Source of the DNA: an uncultured Oscillibacter sp.
Lineage (GTDB): Bacteria; Bacillota; Clostridia; Oscillospirales; Oscillospiraceae
DNA length: 64,000 bases
Assembly: GCA_900550685.1 (NCBI GenBank)
Contig: URTS01000001.1
Coordinates: 5,271 to 69,270 of the forward strand
Reading direction: 5' to 3'
Under the pieces are notes generated by a model. The model saw nothing but the letters and a program-made list of their open reading frames with translations, made no database searches and was not told the origin of the DNA. Numbering within the stretch: the first letter of the stretch is position 1; each line of letters begins with the position of its first letter. The position numbers and the translations under genes are program-made. Shown piece after piece: positions 62,414 to 64,000 of the stretch.

Positions 62414-63775
62414 TCATTCTTTGTTTCGGTCCAGTTCTGCAATTACCTCATCAGAAAGCTGATCGAGCAGATCCAGATCCCAAACCATCTGCAAAATCGT
62501 GTAGCGGGCACGTACCTCCTTGCAGTACAGAAACGTGCGTTTGAGCAGCTGCGCGTCAACGCCGATCTCCGCCGGCGTACACGGGGAACCCAACGTATGC
62601 AGAACACCGCTGATCTTCTCCGAGGACGGCAGCTCGCTCAGCAGGGCGCGGATCTCATTCCAGTGCGCTTCCATGGCGTCGATGCGCGCCAGCCGGGCTG
62701 AGGTCTCATTCTTCTGCACTTTGGCTTCCATTTCAGTCACGCCGTCTGCGGCAGGGCCGTATGCCGTGCGGATTTCCTTCTCCCAGCGAGCAGGATCATA
62801 TCGCTTCGCCGCCGCTCTGGCCGCCACAAAGTCAACATCGGCCTTGAGCAAATGCTCGACCAGCTTCAGCACCAGTACCGTTCCTACGCCGACCTGCGTG
62901 CCATGGGGAACCGGACGCTTCCCTGCCTGCTCAAACATCATTTCCCAGTAGTGGGACATATGGTGTTCGCAGCCGGAGGCCGGTCTGGAGTTCCCGTACA
63001 GACTCATCGCAACGCCAGCCAGGACAAGCCCTTCCATGATCTTTCCCAGTGTTTCGGGGTCACGGTCTATGGCCTTGTCCGCATCGGAAAGCACATTCTT
63101 TACGCAGCTTTCCACCAGTTCCACAATGCGCTCACAATAATGCTCTCCCGTGATGATGCGCGCCAGTTTCCAATCGCACAGGCAGGTAAACTTTCCAAGA
63201 AGGTCTCCCAGACCTGCGGCAATCATGCGATACGGCGCATTTTTCAGAACGTCCGTATCTCCGATAATTGCGATCGGCGTCTGTGCGTCAAACGTGGTTT
63301 TAAGGTGATTAACCTGAATGGCCGCAATGCTGGAGGCAAAACCGTCCATAGGCGCAGCCGTTGCGACTGTGTAAAACGGCAGGCCCATTTTATAGCTGAA
63401 GTACCGGGTCATGTCGTTGATCGCTCCGGTGCCGACCGCGACCACCAGGTCACAGCCGTCCGGCATGTGGATGGTCAGTTCTCCCAGGGTAGCTTCGTCA
63501 AATCCCAGATGGGAGATCTGTACGATCTCATGCTGGATCCCTGCATCCTCCAGAAGCTGATCGCAGGTTTTTCCGGCAATTCCGTAAGTAATCGAGTCAC
63601 TGATCAGATATACGCTCTGAAACCCCATCAGCTTCACCAGCACAGGCAGCTCGTTCAGCGCCTGAGCGCCTACCCGAACGACCCGGAGAGATGCATAGTG
63701 CTCTCTTCCGCATTCACAGGTAAAGCGCTGATTCAGATAGGTGTTCAAATCCATGGGGCACGAAGGCATTTCCAT
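62414..63775 (-). CDS. sn-glycerol-1-phosphate dehydrogenase (AraM/EgsA-like)
   Basis: CECGREH, GTGAIND, TAAPMDG, SRPASGCEH..SH, HG.QVG. Confidence 0.9.
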   Translation of the reverse strand: MEMPSCPMDLNTYLNQRFTCECGREHYASLRVVRVGAQALNELPVLVKLMGFQSVYLISDSITYGIAGKTCDQLLEDAGIQHEIVQISHLGFDEATLGELTIHMPDGCDLVVAVGTGAINDMTRYFSYKMGLPFYTVATAAPMDGFASSIAAIQVNHLKTTFDAQTPIAIIGDTDVLKNAPYRMIAAGLGDLLGKFTCLCDWKLARIITGEHYCERIVELVESCVKNVLSDADKAIDRDPETLGKIMEGLVLAGVAMSLYGNSRPASGCEHHMSHYWEMMFEQAGKRPVPHGTQVGVGTVLVLKLVEHLLKADVDFVAARAAAKRYDPARWEKEIRTAYGPAADGVTEMEAKVQKNETSARLARIDAMEAHWNEIRALLSELPSSEKISGVLHTLGSPCTPAEIGVDAQLLKRTFLYCKEVRARYTILQMVWDLDLLDQLSDEVIAELDRNKE

Positions 63776-64000
63776 ATGAACGATCTCCTACTTCCGGAAA
63801 GGATTCCTGACTGGCAGAGAAATGTGACAGTTTTTTCTGCAAATTCATCATAGCCCTTGTGCAATTTTAAATCAAATGTAATCTTTCCGCCCCCTTTCTC
63901 CGCAGAATCCAAGCAAATCTTGTAAATAATTCAGTAAATTTTTAGTTGTTATTTACTAAATTGTTTTTTGGAAGACCGGCCTGTATTTTTTTGTGATGAT

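Overview
GC-rich Firmicutes (Clostridia, Oscillospiraceae-like) chromosomal window. Core content: a 2-oxoacid/acetoin dehydrogenase-type operon with a divergent LacI gene, three TRAP-transporter catabolic loci, an FMN-riboswitch-controlled ribDEBAH operon, and an F1Fo ATPase operon divergent from a LysR gene. The ATPase operon is atypical: a delta-like segment is fused to alpha, and the c subunit carries a signal peptide. The most striking feature is a 3.87-kb IS4-family cargo element (6316-10188) with 20-bp TIRs and a 10-bp target duplication. It sits in the exact centre of a 38-bp palindromic terminator, carries its own terminal hairpins, and transports a secreted LysM protein. That gene lies behind a ~400-nt leader whose layout matches an antisense-RNA-controlled transcription attenuator. 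The 15.4-30 kb stretch is accessory: a group IIC intron remnant, a 13-8-13 recombinase-like site, Fic and AAA_14 genes, a decaying ~6.3-kb island (relaxase-like gene, signal peptidase, XRE regulator, DUF1599) and several deletion-fusion pseudogenes. A low-GC ParM-containing insert lies at ~55.9-58.4 kb. No rRNA, tRNA or CRISPR array was seen. All family assignments come from motif recognition by eye, not from database searches.
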